Virus record (IMG/VR): IMGVR_UViG_3300005663_000028
Span: 1-64,000 of that record
Length of the DNA: 64,000 bases
Direction: 5' to 3' (one strand)
Source of the DNA: a virus
Shown piece after piece: positions 27,292 to 37,429 of the stretch. Position numbers and translations under genes: made by a program. The stretch's first letter is position 1. Every line of letters starts with the position of its first letter. Under the pieces are notes generated by a model. The model saw nothing but the letters and a program-made list of their open reading frames with translations. It searched no databases and was not told the DNA's origin.

Positions 27292-28005
27292 TTATTCATA
27301 ATTTACCCCCAGGAATTCTGCTGTTTTCTGTATGGTCGGCTCACTCACTTCTATGCCAACACAATCTAACCCGAGTCTTTGACACACTATCGCTGTGGTC
27401 CCAGACCCAATAAACGGGTCCAACACACGACCCCCTGGGGGACAATGACCCATTACAATACGTTCTACCAAAGCTTCTGGTAACTGTGTTGGGCAATGTT
27501 TTCTTTTCTCTTTGTGGGTGCCGCAGATACGAGGGAACTCCCATGTGTTTTCAGGCATTTTACCTCCGGGAGCCGCTCTCTTGTCATTGTATACTGTTTG
27601 CCTAGCACTAGGCACCTTAATTTGTTCTGGTCGAACATAATCAGAACCTAGCCAATAGATGGGACGATAGCACAGGGCGTATTTTCCATTTCTTGTCTGA
27701 TCTTGCCCAAAAGTATAGTGCCACTGTAATCTTTGAATTAGTGGGATACCTAATTCTTCGATGGCGTTTTCGACCACCCTAGTCCATTTTTCGTTGAATG
27801 TCAGAAATATTGGACCATCGGTAATATCGGCCATTTTGCAGAGCCAGCAAAGAATATTGGCCTCATATTCCTCCACAGAAATCTTATCTGTGAACCCATC
27901 GTATTTTAAGCTTATGTTGTCTGGTGGGTCGCCAATGATTAAATCGACCTTCCCGATAGTGGCATGGCCGATTAGCTCGAATCTTCCATGTATTAGTTCA
28001 ATCAT
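27292..28005 (-). CDS. N4/N6 DNA methyltransferase (beta class), atypical DPPD motif
   Basis: DLIIGDPPDN, H.TQLPE.LVERIV, VLDPFIGSGTT. Confidence 0.85.
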   Translation of the reverse strand: MIELIHGRFELIGHATIGKVDLIIGDPPDNISLKYDGFTDKISVEEYEANILCWLCKMADITDGPIFLTFNEKWTRVVENAIEELGIPLIQRLQWHYTFGQDQTRNGKYALCYRPIYWLGSDYVRPEQIKVPSARQTVYNDKRAAPGGKMPENTWEFPRICGTHKEKRKHCPTQLPEALVERIVMGHCPPGGRVLDPFIGSGTTAIVCQRLGLDCVGIEVSEPTIQKTAEFLGVNYE

Positions 28006-28016
28006 TCTTGTCCCCA

Positions 28017-28073
28017 AAAAGGTGCGAAGCACATGGTATTAGTAGTATTCTCTAATACCATTATACGTCCCAC
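28017..28073 (-). promoter_or_regulatory. ACGTATAAT + hairpin + GTGCTTCGCAC leader element (A4)
   Basis: minus strand GTGGGACGTATAAT-GGTATTAG-AGAATACTA-CTAATACC-ATGTGCTTCGCAC-CTTT. Confidence 0.75.
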
Positions 28074-28183
28074 AACCAATTTTGTTTCAAAAAAAACCAA
28101 AAAAATCAAAAAACTTGGAACATTTTTGCACAAACTCCCTCTCTATATATATGGAGGGGTATTTTTATCGGACGTTGAATATT

Positions 28184-28191
28184 GTGTATAA
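28184..28191 (+). promoter_or_regulatory. putative late promoter GTGTATAA
   Basis: intergenic, upstream of the first gene of the late module. Confidence 0.5.
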
Positions 28192-28207
28192 ATTCAGGGG
28201 TGATAAA

Positions 28208-28387
28208 ATGAAGAATGAGAAAACTAAAATTGAGTGTCGTTTGACGACTTGTGGGACAAAGGTAGTTAACGCCAAGGTTTTGGATGACTTGGTGGTTCCC
28301 GATCCTGATCCGGCTATTGGGAAACAAATCATCGCTGATGCTGTTGAAGAGGAAAAGGATGATGAGAATCAGCCAGAAGCTTCTTAA
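28208..28387 (+). CDS. small hypothetical protein
   Basis: ATG at 28208 with an AGGGG SD. Confidence 0.55.
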   Translation: MKNEKTKIECRLTTCGTKVVNAKVLDDLVVPDPDPAIGKQIIADAVEEEKDDENQPEAS

Positions 28388-28913
28388 CGAAGCGGAACCG
28401 ATTATTAAACGACTGGCTAAGTCGCGTAGCGCTAATGGTGCTTTTGCATACTACGAACGCGATGATGTTTTTCAGGAAGTTTGGTGCATGTGCTTAGAGG
28501 CTCTAGGTCGATATGATTCAGAAATAGGGCCTGTGGAAAATTATCTAGTTAGACATGTCACCAATCGCCTCAAGAACCTGAAAAGAGATAAGTATTTTCG
28601 TCCGGGTTCTGATCCCCCAACTTCTGGTCTAGCTCGCACCCGAATGAATTTAGTAAATGCATTGCCATTAGATGGCGGTGATATCGCAGAGCAAGGGGTG
28701 TTGTTATGTTCTGGTAAAATTAGCGTTGAGCCCATTGAACATAGTGTGTGTAATGAAACTTTATTGTGTATTATCAGGAAATTACCCGAAGAGTTACGGG
28801 GGCCATTCGAAGAATTAATTTGCAACAACAAGGTCAGTATTCAGTTAGTTGATGAGATAAGACAGAAGGTTGCTGAGATTTTGAGTGAGAGGGAATCTGA
28901 TGTCGAAAGATAA
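28359..28913 (+). CDS. phage sigma factor (sigma70 region 2; region 4 appears reduced)
   Basis: ERDDVFQEVW..CLEAL.RYD....ENYL...V.NRLKNLKR. Confidence 0.75.
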   Translation: MMRISQKLLNEAEPIIKRLAKSRSANGAFAYYERDDVFQEVWCMCLEALGRYDSEIGPVENYLVRHVTNRLKNLKRDKYFRPGSDPPTSGLARTRMNLVNALPLDGGDIAEQGVLLCSGKISVEPIEHSVCNETLLCIIRKLPEELRGPFEELICNNKVSIQLVDEIRQKVAEILSERESDVER

Positions 28914-29811
28914 GAATCGAAAATTATCTGCTAATTCTAAAGCTCTCAGGGTCTTGGGTGAATGTATAGAGCAAGGTTTGACTGACAAAAGAACTCAGCA
29001 ACGACTCGTGCAGGAATGTGAATATGAATGGACTCTTAGTACGATTAGTCGTAGACGAAGAGCAATGGGTGTTGTTAAAAAACATGGTCAACAGGTAAAT
29101 ACCACAACGGCAGAGTCACCAATGATGGAAAATGTGCCGTATGGAATGGGTGATGCGGAAAAATCAAATTGGTTTAGAAATCAATTTAAGAAAACACATC
29201 TATACAAAACTATAAAAAAACAGTTTGAATCAGAAGAAGTGGATGTGTATTTAGAGGATTTTGGACTTTTATGTTGTCAATTTGAAGATATTGTTATTAG
29301 TGAATTTATGCAGATTGATGATTTTCTCAAGCATAGACTTCTTATTGACGGACAATTGATTCTAAAGCGTTCTATTCAAAAACAGGTTTCTGACATACAA
29401 GAGTGGTTTATTCTGAATCCTAAGATTAAGGGAGAGGACAAGGAAGCAATTCAATTTCGTCACGTACAACAAGGACAACTTGACCATAGATATAAAGACT
29501 TGAAGGTTGTTAACGATCGTTACGATGCTCTTGTTAAAGAACGTCAAAAGATTTACAATAGTTTGGCTGCAACAAGAAAGGATCGTTTAGCGGAATTACA
29601 AGGTGGTAAAGATACATTTTTTGAATTGGTTAAAGCAATACAGCATTCAGAAGAAGAAAGAAGTCGGCATGGACGTTTTGCGGAACTTACGAAGCTAGCA
29701 TCTGAAGAGATTAAGGGCGAGTTTCGTAAACACGTTGAGTTTCCCGACGGAAGTAAATCGCCAGTTATCATGGATTCTGAAACAGACTTTGGAGACGACG
29801 ATGATGAATAA
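28900..29811 (+). CDS. putative terminase small subunit or packaging-associated protein
   Basis: N-terminal HTH-like segment, coiled coils, position upstream of TerL. Confidence 0.4.
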   Translation: MSKDKNRKLSANSKALRVLGECIEQGLTDKRTQQRLVQECEYEWTLSTISRRRRAMGVVKKHGQQVNTTTAESPMMENVPYGMGDAEKSNWFRNQFKKTHLYKTIKKQFESEEVDVYLEDFGLLCCQFEDIVISEFMQIDDFLKHRLLIDGQLILKRSIQKQVSDIQEWFILNPKIKGEDKEAIQFRHVQQGQLDHRYKDLKVVNDRYDALVKERQKIYNSLAATRKDRLAELQGGKDTFFELVKAIQHSEEERSRHGRFAELTKLASEEIKGEFRKHVEFPDGSKSPVIMDSETDFGDDDDE

Positions 29812-30883
29812 AACGGCACTTTACATTCCAAGACCTGGGGCTAGAGCCTCGATGGTACAACAGGGGTATGTTGATGCTTTAGAATATCTTGGTTGGACAG
29901 TATATCAGTGTGACCCCAAAAGTAAACTGGGGTGTCAAAGACTGATTGAGGAATATGGTGTTCGACTAATTATGACCCATTCTAGGTATGGAATAAGGCA
30001 ATTACCTATTCAGGTAATTAATGCTAACCAAGTAACGGTAGTTGTAGAAGTGCTACCCTTAAACACATCTAATTTAACGGTTGATAGTCCTTATGAATTG
30101 GCTCATGACGATGAACCTAATTTGATCAAAGAAATAGATAACGTAGTTATTCACACACACGTAGAATCACATTTGTGGTTAAAACTCATGAGTGGTTGGA
30201 ATGATATTCTTCATTTACTAATGGCGGCGAATTTAACTAAGGCCATGCCACCTACGTGTTCTGTTTTGACAGATGTTGCTATGGTAGCCAACTTTGAGCA
30301 TAGACAGGGTATTATGAAGCATTTGATAGAACCACTTTTTAAGAGGGTCGATTTACTTGGGTATTCCTATCAGGCGTTTGGTGATAATATATGGCAACGT
30401 GCTGGCTTGAACTGTAACGGACCCTTACCTTTGGATAGTGATAAGTTGGCCTATATTTATTCTTCTGCGAAGGTATGTCCAAATGTTCACACCGAAGCCC
30501 AAATTGGTTTACAAGCTTTTTTGAATGAGAGGTCGTTCACGATTCCGTTATGTGGCGGGCTACAGGTATCTGACAATCCTTTGGCTACTAAGTATCTGGG
30601 GTCATATTGTGCAGTAGCTACCAGTACAACCGATTTCATGAATAAGGTTATTAATCTTATTGAAAATCAGTCATCTCGTTATGATAAAATAAGGGCCGGG
30701 GTTAGGAATATCGCACAAAACCATACGTATTTTAATAGATTGGTGAAAATTTTTGAAAAAGCTGGTTTGCCAGACCACAAAGAGGAGGCATCTCAAAAGG
30801 GAACTAGATTAGCAATTAGACATTGTTGGGAAATTGATGCTAGGATTAGTGCAGAGGAAAGGGGAATACCTTATGAAAACTAA
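29801..30883 (+). CDS. glycosyltransferase (CgeB / GT1_2-like)
   Basis: GY..ALEYLGW.V, AFGD..W, YSSAKVCPNVH, NERSF.I.LCGG.QVSD, HTYFNRLV.IF. Confidence 0.75.
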   Translation: MMNKTALYIPRPGARASMVQQGYVDALEYLGWTVYQCDPKSKLGCQRLIEEYGVRLIMTHSRYGIRQLPIQVINANQVTVVVEVLPLNTSNLTVDSPYELAHDDEPNLIKEIDNVVIHTHVESHLWLKLMSGWNDILHLLMAANLTKAMPPTCSVLTDVAMVANFEHRQGIMKHLIEPLFKRVDLLGYSYQAFGDNIWQRAGLNCNGPLPLDSDKLAYIYSSAKVCPNVHTEAQIGLQAFLNERSFTIPLCGGLQVSDNPLATKYLGSYCAVATSTTDFMNKVINLIENQSSRYDKIRAGVRNIAQNHTYFNRLVKIFEKAGLPDHKEEASQKGTRLAIRHCWEIDARISAEERGIPYEN

Positions 30884-31220
30884 GCAACGAAACATGTTTC
30901 GTAGACTAAATGGTGTGACAATGCCAATTGGTCGAAAAAGAATTAGATGGAGCCGCAACTGGAAGTGTTTGTGCGGGAGTAGTAAAAAGTACAAGAAGTG
31001 TTGTATGATGGAAATTGATAGTCTTACTGCTTCTGATGGCAATGCTACTGTAATTCCGATCCCTGAAGATATTCAGCAGATGAGTATTGAATGGCTTGCA
31101 GAACAAAAACGGAAACGGGAAGAAGAAGCAAGACAGGAAAAGGTAGAGGAAGATAAGATGAAGCAAAAACGAGAATTAAAACTTTCGGAAGAAGATATGA
31201 AGAATATGGTGGGGGTATAG
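30873..31220 (+). CDS. SEC-C motif protein
   Basis: RNWKCLCGSSKKYKKCC followed by a charged helix. Confidence 0.75.
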   Translation: MKTKQRNMFRRLNGVTMPIGRKRIRWSRNWKCLCGSSKKYKKCCMMEIDSLTASDGNATVIPIPEDIQQMSIEWLAEQKRKREEEARQEKVEEDKMKQKRELKLSEEDMKNMVGV

Positions 31221-31223
31221 AAA

Positions 31224-32234
31224 ATGAAGAATAAAACTAGTTTTATATTAGGATGCACCGGCCAGGACGGGTCGTACCTTTCAGAACTATTACTTGAAAA
31301 AGGGTATGAGGTATATGGATTGATTCGCAGGTCTTCGGTTGATACGACCGAGCGGATTGCTCACATCATACATCGTCCAAATTTTCATTTGGTAGAAGGG
31401 GATATTACAGATGCTTCGTGTATGTATCGATTGATCTCCGGCATTCAACCGACTGAGGTTTATAACCTAGCGGCGATGTCGCACGTAGGAGTATCATTTG
31501 ATCAGCCGATAACAACATGTCAGATAGATGCAGTTGGGCCACTCAATGTTCTTGAGGCTATTCGTCAGACGTCGCCTAAGAGTAAGTATTATCAAGCATC
31601 AACGTCAGAATTATTTGGGAATACTGATATAGCCCCACAATCAGAGCGAAGTGAAATGATACCAAATTCTCCATATGCTGTGGCGAAGTTGTATGCACAT
31701 CATCTCACTGGCCTTTATCGTCGTGCTTACGGCATCTTTGCTTGCGCGGGCATACTTTTCAACCATGAATCGCAGCGTCGTGGAGAAGCTTTTGTTACAC
31801 GCAAAATTACTAAGTATGTAGCATCGCTTCAGAAATGGATGGATTGCCATGAAGGGTTTCCGAGAAAAGATGTTGACGTCATCCCTTTGTTTTTGGGCAA
31901 CATAGAAGCAAAGAGAGACTGGTCTCATGCTATTGACATGGTTAATGGTATGTGGTTGATGATGCAACACGACGTAGCCGATGATTATGTTCTTGGCTCT
32001 GGAGAAACGCATTCTGTAAGGGAGTTTTTAGAAGTAGCTTTTAATACAATTGGTTTGGATTATAGGGATTATTTTGAAGTTGATCCTAAGTTTTTCCGGC
32101 CAGTTGATGTTAACTTATTACAAGCTGATCCAAGTAAAGCCAGGGAAGTTCTTGGTTGGAAACCTACAATTGGTTTTGGGGAAATGATAGATCAAATGGT
32201 ACAAAGTGATTATGGGGTGTTGATAAATGCCTAG
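31224..32234 (+). CDS. gmd: GDP-mannose 4,6-dehydratase
   Basis: G.TGQDGSYLSELLLEKGYEVYG, YNLAAMSHV, YQASTSELFG, SPYAVAKLY, ILFNHES, EAFVTRKI. Confidence 0.97.
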   Translation: MKNKTSFILGCTGQDGSYLSELLLEKGYEVYGLIRRSSVDTTERIAHIIHRPNFHLVEGDITDASCMYRLISGIQPTEVYNLAAMSHVGVSFDQPITTCQIDAVGPLNVLEAIRQTSPKSKYYQASTSELFGNTDIAPQSERSEMIPNSPYAVAKLYAHHLTGLYRRAYGIFACAGILFNHESQRRGEAFVTRKITKYVASLQKWMDCHEGFPRKDVDVIPLFLGNIEAKRDWSHAIDMVNGMWLMMQHDVADDYVLGSGETHSVREFLEVAFNTIGLDYRDYFEVDPKFFRPVDVNLLQADPSKAREVLGWKPTIGFGEMIDQMVQSDYGVLINA

Positions 32235-32733
32235 GCTTGTTTTACCCACCTATAAAGCGATTCGCGACACTCGCGAACAAAAGGGTTGGACCTTTGATGC
32301 TCACGTACCTGATCGTCGCCCACCTAGGTGCGAGGGTATGGTTGTAGAAACTCTTCAAACTGGCGATTATAGCTTGGTTGGTTATACGGACATTTTAGCC
32401 ATTGAACGAAAGGCAGATTTTTCGGAGCTTTGGGGAAATTATAGTGCTGCTAAGAGAAAGGCGTTTGAAGCTGAAATGGACCGAATGTCTCAAATTAAAC
32501 ATTCGTACATTATTATAGAATCATTGTTTACCCCCGATATTATGGAGTTATCTCCACCTCAGTTTGCTAAAGGTGTTCCTGGTAAGTCTATGGTGAGATG
32601 GTTGATGTTTTTAACAACTAAGTATGGGGTGAATATCATTCCGGCAGGAGCATGTGCTCGGAAGATTACCCAAATGATTATGGAAGAAGTTGTTCGTGTA
32701 GAAAAAGAAAGGTGGGTTCCTCTTGGTAGTTAA
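32227..32733 (+). CDS. ERCC4-domain nuclease
   Basis: DTREQ, L.TGDY, IERK motifs. Confidence 0.85.
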   Translation: MPRLVLPTYKAIRDTREQKGWTFDAHVPDRRPPRCEGMVVETLQTGDYSLVGYTDILAIERKADFSELWGNYSAAKRKAFEAEMDRMSQIKHSYIIIESLFTPDIMELSPPQFAKGVPGKSMVRWLMFLTTKYGVNIIPAGACARKITQMIMEEVVRVEKERWVPLGS

Positions 32734-34837
32734 TGCTAAAATTAATGCTGAGTTAAACGACTTGCTTTACGGTGATGAGGGCAGGCTGGGTTATCTATTT
32801 CCCTATCGCGATAAGGTTCCTAAGATCAAGGACCATATTTTCACCGATATAAAACAGACAAAGGAAGCGCTGGACAGAATTGTTCTTGGCAAAATGCTCG
32901 ATGTTAACTATATTGGTTGGACAGCAAAAGCACTCCTTGGTCTTGACTTGCTTCCTATTCAGATAGCCACACTTCAGATTTTATGGAAGACTCCATTCCC
33001 TATGTTGATTGCTTGTCGTGGTGGTGGTAAAACCTTCTTACTTGCTGTTTATGCAGTTCTTCGCGCACTGCTTGATCCGGGAACTAAGGTTGTTATCGTT
33101 GGTGGTGGTTTGCGACAGGCCAAGTTAGTGTTCAACTACATAGAAACTCTTTGGAATCAATCTTCAATACTTCGGAACATTGTCGGTGGGGGCAAAAAGG
33201 CTGGACCGAGGCAAAACGTAGACCTTTGTTATTTTAAGTTGGGGGAGAGTATTATTTATGCACTCCCCACGGGCGACGGAACGAAAATTCGCGGGTTTCG
33301 TGCAAACGTAGTTATCGCCGATGAATTTGCAGCAATTCAGGAAGAAGTGTTTGATGTTGTTATTCGTGGTTTTGCGGCTACGGCGAAAACACCTATTGAG
33401 GAAGTGAAGAAAGCTGCTTTCGACAAGAAGTTGGCCCAACTAGACTTACCTGCTGATATTAAGAAAAAGTTAATTACTGACGACGGGAAAATGCATGGTA
33501 ACCAAATTATATATTCTGGTACTGCATATTATGCTTTCAACCACTTCTCTAGAAGACATGATATGTGGTGTGATATAATTAGGAGTAAGGGTAATCCAGG
33601 GCGTGTTGCAAAAATTTTTGATGGAGAAAACAATGTTCCAGATGATTTCAATTACAAGGATTATGCAGTAATTAGAATTCCACATACCCATTTACCGGAT
33701 CGTTTCCTGGATCATAGACAACTAGCTAACGCTAAAGCAACTCTTCCTAAAAATCTGTTCTTAATGGAATATGGTGCCGTGTTCATTAAGGATTCTGATG
33801 GATTTTTCCCACGTAGTTTAGTTGAGCAATGTACCGTTGGGCCGAATAAGCCTATCGAAACTCCGGATGGTCCAGTGACATTTTCTCCATTGATGAGGGG
33901 ACGACCTAAGCTAAAGTATGTTATGGGGATTGACCCCGCAGCCGAACGGGATAATCTTGCTATTACAATAACAGAAGTTTGGCCTAATCATTATCGAGTT
34001 GTATATTGTTGGGCTGTTAACAAAAAGGAGTTCTCTGATCGAAAAGAGAGGGGTTTAATTACCGACGATGACTACTATGCATACTGTTGTTCGCGAATTA
34101 GGGAACTTGTAAAGCTGTTCAATCCAGTAAGAATAGAAATGGATAGTCAGGGTGGTGGATATGCTGTTTCAGAAATGCTACGGAACAAAAAACTACTCGA
34201 TAAAGATAAGGGTGATTTCCCAATTTATGAAGTAGTAGACAAGGACGAACCTAAATCTACCGATGGTGAAACGGATGGTCGTCATATTTTACATCTAGTT
34301 AAGCAGAGTTCAGAGTACAACCAGGAAGCCAATATTTGTCTTCATAAAAGTATGGAAACTCAAACACTGCTATTTCCAGCATTTGATAGTGCAAATATGT
34401 ATTCTGCTCTTGAAGCTGAAAAGGCCGCAGGCGTTTCTTTTGATACATATGAAGAAAATGTATTCAATATTGAAGAGTTAAAGAACGAGCTTTGTACCAT
34501 TCAAATGAGTGAAACGGCTACGGGTAGAGAAAAATTCGATACCCCCACGGTTGTTCAAGCCGGAGCAGTAGAGGGTAGGGTTAGAAAGGGTAGGCTTCGA
34601 AAAGATCGTTATACCGCCCTTTTGCTGTCTCACAAATATATTTATGAAACAGATATAGCTCCAGACGATGGTATTGATTACAGTGACGTGGTGGGAAATA
34701 TTGAAAAACGCAGTAAACCGGGGAAAAATGAACCTTTATATAGGGGGCCTGGAGTTGGTAGAATGAGGAATTCCCAATATAGTAGAACTGGCGGGGTGTA
34801 CAAGGCCCTTAAGCGAGGAAATATCATTTCTGGTTAG
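32723..34837 (+). CDS. terminase large subunit
   Basis: ACRGGGKT Walker A, VIADEF Walker B, MGIDPA RuvC-like nuclease, KDRYTAL. Confidence 0.92.
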   Translation: MVVNAKINAELNDLLYGDEGRLGYLFPYRDKVPKIKDHIFTDIKQTKEALDRIVLGKMLDVNYIGWTAKALLGLDLLPIQIATLQILWKTPFPMLIACRGGGKTFLLAVYAVLRALLDPGTKVVIVGGGLRQAKLVFNYIETLWNQSSILRNIVGGGKKAGPRQNVDLCYFKLGESIIYALPTGDGTKIRGFRANVVIADEFAAIQEEVFDVVIRGFAATAKTPIEEVKKAAFDKKLAQLDLPADIKKKLITDDGKMHGNQIIYSGTAYYAFNHFSRRHDMWCDIIRSKGNPGRVAKIFDGENNVPDDFNYKDYAVIRIPHTHLPDRFLDHRQLANAKATLPKNLFLMEYGAVFIKDSDGFFPRSLVEQCTVGPNKPIETPDGPVTFSPLMRGRPKLKYVMGIDPAAERDNLAITITEVWPNHYRVVYCWAVNKKEFSDRKERGLITDDDYYAYCCSRIRELVKLFNPVRIEMDSQGGGYAVSEMLRNKKLLDKDKGDFPIYEVVDKDEPKSTDGETDGRHILHLVKQSSEYNQEANICLHKSMETQTLLFPAFDSANMYSALEAEKAAGVSFDTYEENVFNIEELKNELCTIQMSETATGREKFDTPTVVQAGAVEGRVRKGRLRKDRYTALLLSHKYIYETDIAPDDGIDYSDVVGNIEKRSKPGKNEPLYRGPGVGRMRNSQYSRTGGVYKALKRGNIISG

Positions 34838-34839
34838 TG

Positions 34840-34847
34840 GTGTATAA
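34840..34847 (+). promoter_or_regulatory. putative late promoter GTGTATAA
   Basis: intergenic, upstream of portal. Confidence 0.55.
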
Positions 34848-34898
34848 TCAATAGAACTGTATTACGATTGTAATTGGATTAAACAAGAAGGAAATAAA

Positions 34899-37022
34899 AT
34901 GGCTGCGAAGAAATCTAGTTCCAACACTCCGAAGCAAGAGGTTATGTACACCAGGGGTGAACAGGCTTTATCTAAACACACTGTTTCAGAAGTATGTCAC
35001 ATAAATCGAGGTATTGCTGGTCGAAGTGTTGCGGCTGACATAAATCTCCGAGCAGGACATAATCGCCACGATTATGATGCACAAAGACCCAGCGATAGGC
35101 TCCCCACCGAACACGCAGAAATTATTCAGGCGTGTCAATCGGTTTACCGTAAGATTGGTATGGTGCGAAATATTATTGATCTAATGACAGATTTTGCTTC
35201 AGAGGGGTTGGAGTTACAACACACAGTAAAGTCACAAGAACAATTTTATCGTGTTTGGGCCGAAAAAGCTGATTTGCCTGGCCGACTTCATGATTTTATG
35301 AAATTGTTGATGCGAGACGGTAATGTTATTGTTCGACGTAAAAATGCACTTATAGCTCGACCCCTTATTAAAGAGATGACTAGAGGTGGGATTGGAGTTA
35401 TGGATACAATTACCGAAACCAATGTTACCGAGCAGCCAGAAAAGATTGGGAAAACGAAACTTAAAACGAAGAAAAATGAAATTCCGTGGAAATATACTTT
35501 TCTATCTCCAGTGGTTATTAAGAAAATAGGTGGTGAAGTAGGTCGGTTTTTTGGTTCAGACGCCTTAGGAATGGAAATTCCATCTTCTCTTGCCAACTCT
35601 ATAAATTCACCCAAGAGCAACGCTGAAAAAGATTTTGTCAAAAAGCTTCCTCCAGAAGTGGTTGCCGCTGCTAAAAAGGGTGGGAGACTGGTGGAGTTAG
35701 ATATGGATCGAATTTATGTTGATTATTATAAAAAGGATGACTGGGAGGATTGGGGCACACCATTTCTATACGGTGTTCTTGAAGACGTGATGTTTAAGGA
35801 GAAAATGCGGCTAGCTGATATGGCAGCGCTTGATGGTGTTATTAATGTTATTCGTTTGTGGAAACTAGGTAAGTCAGAGAAGGAGATTATGCCAGCACCT
35901 GCCATGATTGACAAACTCATCGGCATACTTCAAACAAATGCTGGCGGTGGGGTCATGGACCTTGTCTGGGATGATATGATTGATTTACAGGTTGAATATC
36001 CACCCACAGATAAAATTCTTGGACAAGAAAAATATATTGGTGTAAATTCGGATATTGTTCGTGGTCTTGGCATTCCAGATTCATTGGTTGGTGGTGCCGA
36101 CTTGGGAACACGTAATGCTCAATCCGCTTTTGTTCAATTGAAAACTCTTGTCGAAAGACTTGAATATGTGAGGGGCCGTGCTATTCGTTGGATGAAAGGT
36201 GAATTACGGCTCGTTGCAGACGCAATGGGGTTCAAGAAGATTCCAACTATTAATTTCGGCATCATGTCTTTGCGAGACGAAGCAGCAGAGAAGCAACTAA
36301 TGATCCAATTACTTGATCGTGGGATTGTTTCATCAGAGAAGACTTCAGAGGTATTTGGGACAAACTACATGATTGAACTTGAGAGAATGAAGACTGAACA
36401 AGGTATCCGAGACGATCATCCGGGTGTGCTAGAAAAAGCCGGTCCATATAATGCTCCGTTCTCTGTTATGGAGAAACAAACAGACCTTGCCATTCAAGTA
36501 CAGAAGGTAAAGCAGGGTTTGGATCGAAACAGTAAATTGCCCAGCAATACGAACGACAATGGTGGTGGAGATAATCCCTCGGGTAGTCAACCAAAGAATA
36601 GGGGTACAAATCCATCAGGCAGACCCCCATCTACGAAGGACACAAAACCGCGAGATCAGCGAACTCCAAAAACCCAGTCCGTATTACAAGTTATCGCGGA
36701 GGGGTTTATTGAACAGATTGATCGAATAACCGACGAACCATATCTGAAACAACAAGGGGCCAAGAACATGAGGTCTTTGACAAAACCCCAAAAAGCAGAG
36801 CTAGAAGGGGTAAAACGCACTATATTATCCGTCTTGCTACCTAATGACATAGTGACGAAGGAACTGGTGTCACAGAGGTTGGATAATATTTCGTCTGCCG
36901 GGTGTTTCGAGGTTTATTTCAATGATTTAATGGTAAAGTTTACTGCGTCAGTTCAGCACACCCCTACCACTAAAGAGCGTAGAGCGTTAATGGCCCTAAC
37001 ATGGGTTGATTTGGTTGGATAA
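34899..37022 (+). CDS. portal protein
   Basis: follows TerL; VRNIIDLMTDFASEG, DW.DWG.PFL; long helical body with a disordered C-terminal tail. Confidence 0.8.
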   Translation: MAAKKSSSNTPKQEVMYTRGEQALSKHTVSEVCHINRGIAGRSVAADINLRAGHNRHDYDAQRPSDRLPTEHAEIIQACQSVYRKIGMVRNIIDLMTDFASEGLELQHTVKSQEQFYRVWAEKADLPGRLHDFMKLLMRDGNVIVRRKNALIARPLIKEMTRGGIGVMDTITETNVTEQPEKIGKTKLKTKKNEIPWKYTFLSPVVIKKIGGEVGRFFGSDALGMEIPSSLANSINSPKSNAEKDFVKKLPPEVVAAAKKGGRLVELDMDRIYVDYYKKDDWEDWGTPFLYGVLEDVMFKEKMRLADMAALDGVINVIRLWKLGKSEKEIMPAPAMIDKLIGILQTNAGGGVMDLVWDDMIDLQVEYPPTDKILGQEKYIGVNSDIVRGLGIPDSLVGGADLGTRNAQSAFVQLKTLVERLEYVRGRAIRWMKGELRLVADAMGFKKIPTINFGIMSLRDEAAEKQLMIQLLDRGIVSSEKTSEVFGTNYMIELERMKTEQGIRDDHPGVLEKAGPYNAPFSVMEKQTDLAIQVQKVKQGLDRNSKLPSNTNDNGGGDNPSGSQPKNRGTNPSGRPPSTKDTKPRDQRTPKTQSVLQVIAEGFIEQIDRITDEPYLKQQGAKNMRSLTKPQKAELEGVKRTILSVLLPNDIVTKELVSQRLDNISSAGCFEVYFNDLMVKFTASVQHTPTTKERRALMALTWVDLVG

Positions 37023-37049
37023 GAGTTTGAGAATAAAGGGAGGATAGTT

Positions 37050-37382
37050 ATGGCAATAGTAAATGTTTCATTAGACACGACCATTCGGCAGGTAATTCTT
37101 ACGATTAATGGCATATTGGTGTCTGCAAATGAGGTATCGATTAACAAATACGTATTTGACGATGGTGACGAAAGTATTTCTTTTTCGTATACCATTGAGA
37201 ATGTTGATGGTAGTGGAATGAGGGAAAGACGGCAATTTTCTCTTCCCTCACCAACAACCCCAGCTTCTGAGGCGGGTGCGGCAGTTGATGATAATGGATT
37301 GGTGTCGAAATCTGTGCTCGATCAGAAAAAGGCTGCGGCAGGTTTGGCTAAATTTTTAAAGCCAGACAAGAAAATTGAGTAG
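37050..37382 (+). CDS. hypothetical protein
   Basis: GGAGG SD; between portal and protease. Confidence 0.7.
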   Translation: MAIVNVSLDTTIRQVILTINGILVSANEVSINKYVFDDGDESISFSYTIENVDGSGMRERRQFSLPSPTTPASEAGAAVDDNGLVSKSVLDQKKAAAGLAKFLKPDKKIE

Positions 37383-37429
37383 TGTACTAATGAATAGTCT
37401 TCAGTTTCGTGTGTTTTATATTGACAATT

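Noticed and set aside
32723-34837. Intein or intron in terminase
   Set aside because: The ORF is continuous and no intein splice motifs or embedded endonuclease are seen
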